NCBI GenBank assembly: GCA_032718475.1
Contig: JAUCBJ010007816.1
Coordinates: 14,143-78,142, forward strand
Reading direction: 5' to 3'
Origin: Nemertoderma westbladi
Lineage: Eukaryota > Animalia > Xenacoelomorpha
Length of the DNA: 64,000 bases
Shown: one piece after another, positions 61,301 to 64,000 of the stretch
Position numbering within the stretch: the first letter of the stretch is position 1
Layout of the letters: every line of letters begins with the position of its first letter
Program-made: the position numbers and the translations under genes
The notes under the pieces: generated by a model
Database searches by the model: none
Seen by the model: the letters and a program-made list of their open reading frames with translations, nothing else
Told to the model about the DNA's origin: nothing

Positions 61301-64000
61301 CCGCCAACTCTTCCTTATGCAGTTGCACACGCGCTTTTTCAGACGCTCCCTGCGCCTTGCGCTGCAACCTTTGCGCTTCTATAATAGAGTGGTAGTGGTC
61401 GTCCTTGACTTGACGCTTGTCTTGGACCCCTCCTCCTGGTTCCTTCCGCGAGCCTTGAGCTCCAGCGGTCGTCGCTGTGGTCGCTGCGATCCTTTGTTCC
61501 TGTATCCTCTCAGCGGTCAATGAACCCACTGGCACATGAGTCAACAAGAATTCGTTGCGGTATTGTATAGCCGCCATCCTCCAATCACCTCGCGCGCGTA
61601 CCACTTTTCTAGTCTCCGTAAATACACCCTTCGTGATGCGATCGCAAATAGCAACGAAGTTCCAGGTGTACTTATTGTCCATATTCAATTGTCTGAAGTA
61701 TTCTCGGACTACGATAACTCCAGTGTTCTGTGGAAGGTCTTGAGCAGTTAGGATGAGTTCCTGATATTGTGGTAGCGATTGTAGATATGGCTCGTACGCA
61801 ACATGCGATGGGTCTACCGCCCAAAACCCATATCCCGCTTTAAATGGTAACCAACGCATCTGCGCTTGAATATGGTAATCCGCCACACTCTCCCACTTAT
61901 CTAACATCTCCCGAAGTAGGTTAGCGCTATGGTTTTGAAAGGAATCATCTCGCAGCTGACATCTCGCGCTACGATGTCCCTTTACCCCACAATATCCACA
62001 TTGAGAAATGAAGACGGTGCACGTGTGAAACGAATGGTCGGTCTCATTACACCAACGACAGACCTTATGCGCCGCCTCTACTACCGCGTCGCACGACTTT
62101 AGATTGTGCCTTGTGCTGCCGCACAATTTGCACCTACGCGCTTGTGGAAACCAGGCCCTCTCGTATATGAGGTCTCCAATCGGTTTCGCACTTCCTTCCT
62201 TCCCAATGTCTAATACGATGTCGTCCTCTCCGGTCAACGGTTGTCGATCCGGAACAAAGTAAACATCCTCGCCCTTGTCCTCTATCTCCAATATTTCCTC
62301 CCGCGTTCGTTTCGGATATGTCTTCTCCACCGGAAGATCTACTCCGAACACCTCTACTAACGTCTCCGGCCAGCCCTCCTTAACAGGTCTATCAGCCTCC
62401 GAGTGGAAGGGAGTACCAAACCCGCGGGTTTGATTCCCGAACCACTTCTCCAAAGCTTCTGGCGTCGGATATTCCATCGACGGTCGGTCTCCCAAATCTC
62501 CGATGTTCTGTCGATATACTCCTTCGAATATCGCTAATCCTCTCCTCACCATCGACGTATTCTCTAACGATTGGTTGAAGAACGGGGTTAAGAAACGCTT
62601 CATCACGTCGGATTGGATTCCCCCTTTCGAGCGAACGTATTGATCTCCTCCGAATACCAATGGATGACGCTTCAAAACTCGCGCAACGATATCCGCTAAT
62701 AAACAAGTCACCGTGTTCGACTCAAGCACCAAATAATATTGTAGCGACGCACGGGGTGGCGCGCAAATGTTCCAATACACTAACGCTTGCCGCTTGAAGT
62801 GGGATTTGAACTCCGCTCCCGGTGGCGTGTTGTATTCGCCATACGCCTCCTCGTACTTCTTCTGCGTCTTTAACTTAAAGTCCCAATTATACAACAAGTG
62901 TGCTATAAAGCCCATACCAGTCTTGGCAGAGTTGGGATACTCCCTATAAATTCCAATATCCTGTGCCCATAGCAACAATAGCTTGGTGTCGACAAACGGT
63001 CTCGGCAATCTATCTTCCAGATCAGTCATGGCGTTGAAGTCGCTCTCCAAATCGCTCTGGACTCCCGATCCCACCTTGACGTAATCTTGGTTGAGAATAG
63101 CCTCTCTAACTTTCTTGGGTAACATCCTGGCGTCGATACGCTCCGCTCCGTGCATACCTCCTCGCCTGCATACCTCCAAAATCTGTTCCCTAGGATCCTT
63201 CCCCTTCCGATATTGTGTCGTTATGATGGGCTCCGGTCTCTCTCGATCCGCCCTCACACGCATAAACACATGAGTCACACCATCGGCCGCACGAATTTGA
63301 ATACACTTGCTAGTCAAACATTCCTGATGGGACCCTCCTTCATTGTCGTAGAACATCACCCTCCAATCCTGCAGTGATTCCTCCGTTTTCCTCCACTGAC
63401 GCTGAATCTCGTCTGATGGGGTCCACATGCGCTCGATAGCCTTGTGGTCATCATATCGGGTATAAGAACCCTTCCTCCTCAGCCACGTCTGGTCTACCTC
63501 CTCGTCGTCTGGGAATGTAGCCACCGCGACCCATACCTTGATGTACTTATCCAACCATCCGAATAGTTTGCTCTCCTTCCCCGGAGCTCCAATCTTATCC
63601 AATGTGTCGTAATCTGTGATCTGCATTGGGACATCACGCAAGAACTTCGCGCATAAAACTTCCCGTAGACAGTCAACGTTCCAATGGTCCGCCATTCTTA
63701 CCATCGGCAAGAATCGTATCGCTTCTCGCGACTCCGGATGATCTACTAATATCGCAGGTTCGGTGCCGTCGGAATAATACACCGGTCCGGGTTGAGATAC
63801 GACCTGTGGAACAAATCCGGTCACTCTCCTCGTCTCCTCTTGATGTCTATCCGCGGTCTTATTATACTCCGCTATCCTGTTCTCAAATAACTCTTTCGCC
63901 TTCGCCGCTCGCTCCTCCTGCCGCAACGCGTCTATGTCGTCCTGATGCTCAGGCGTGAGGCTTCTCGCTCGGTGAGGTGAAGTAAACGCAGTCCAGGGAC
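58388..64000 (-). mobile_element. LTR retrotransposon C, B-family relative (3' LTR, 3' UTR and accessory ORF; continues beyond the window)
   Basis: 58388-60594 is a diverged reverse complement of the B LTR. The 3' UTR matches 28500-29102. PPT TTGGAGCGG at 60595-60603. Confidence 0.93.
61092..63926 (-). CDS. Accessory protein of C: WRN/EXD/Mut-7-like 3'-5' exonuclease domain plus three CCHC knuckles (944 aa as called; true start uncertain)
   Basis: FYDNEG; CIQIRAADG; LPKKVREAILNQDYVKVGSGVQSD; FVDT; YLVLE; CKLC..H....C, CRWC..H....C, CGYC..GH....C. Confidence 0.88.
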   Translation of the reverse strand: MRQEERAAKAKELFENRIAEYNKTADRHQEETRRVTGFVPQVVSQPGPVYYSDGTEPAILVDHPESREAIRFLPMVRMADHWNVDCLREVLCAKFLRDVPMQITDYDTLDKIGAPGKESKLFGWLDKYIKVWVAVATFPDDEEVDQTWLRRKGSYTRYDDHKAIERMWTPSDEIQRQWRKTEESLQDWRVMFYDNEGGSHQECLTSKCIQIRAADGVTHVFMRVRADRERPEPIITTQYRKGKDPREQILEVCRRGGMHGAERIDARMLPKKVREAILNQDYVKVGSGVQSDLESDFNAMTDLEDRLPRPFVDTKLLLLWAQDIGIYREYPNSAKTGMGFIAHLLYNWDFKLKTQKKYEEAYGEYNTPPGAEFKSHFKRQALVYWNICAPPRASLQYYLVLESNTVTCLLADIVARVLKRHPLVFGGDQYVRSKGGIQSDVMKRFLTPFFNQSLENTSMVRRGLAIFEGVYRQNIGDLGDRPSMEYPTPEALEKWFGNQTRGFGTPFHSEADRPVKEGWPETLVEVFGVDLPVEKTYPKRTREEILEIEDKGEDVYFVPDRQPLTGEDDIVLDIGKEGSAKPIGDLIYERAWFPQARRCKLCGSTRHNLKSCDAVVEAAHKVCRWCNETDHSFHTCTVFISQCGYCGVKGHRSARCQLRDDSFQNHSANLLREMLDKWESVADYHIQAQMRWLPFKAGYGFWAVDPSHVAYEPYLQSLPQYQELILTAQDLPQNTGVIVVREYFRQLNMDNKYTWNFVAICDRITKGVFTETRKVVRARGDWRMAAIQYRNEFLLTHVPVGSLTAERIQEQRIAATTATTAGAQGSRKEPGGGVQDKRQVKDDHYHSIIEAQRLQRKAQGASEKARVQLHKEELAEATTGARQLGRGRGRSTSRESVGAQGTSSPVPGSDASRTPSTESTGGRLVYLGRGRKRGASPKNPGAGR

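Noticed and set aside
61092-63926. Accessory ORFs as envelope genes
   Set aside because: No signal peptide or transmembrane segment is visible; the motifs are nuclease and zinc knuckle.

Overview
Eukaryotic (probably invertebrate) nested-transposon cluster with no recognisable host gene. It holds four BEL/Pao-type LTR retrotransposon copies from three families. A (1295-34891, minus, TSD GTAAT) has its 5' LTR interrupted by B (16993-31279, plus, TSD ATATA) and by a CRE-like LINE. D (36239-57411, plus) is interrupted by nested DNA transposons, a second CRE-like LINE and an RTE-like LINE. C (58388 to the window end, minus) is a B-family relative. Main result: none of the three families has a tRNA-type (TGG) primer-binding site. 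Each has a GTA-starting sequence right after the LTR-terminal CA that is complementary (11, 11 and 9 nt) to a segment of its own LTR, which suggests tRNA-independent self-priming. The same families carry an extra ORF after pol. In C and D it encodes a WRN/EXD/Mut-7-like 3'-5' exonuclease domain plus three CCHC knuckles; A has a shorter homologue. Families A and B also carry dispersed YGYG-loop hairpins at matching positions and an internal copy of the PPT. All calls are by eye; no database searches were run.
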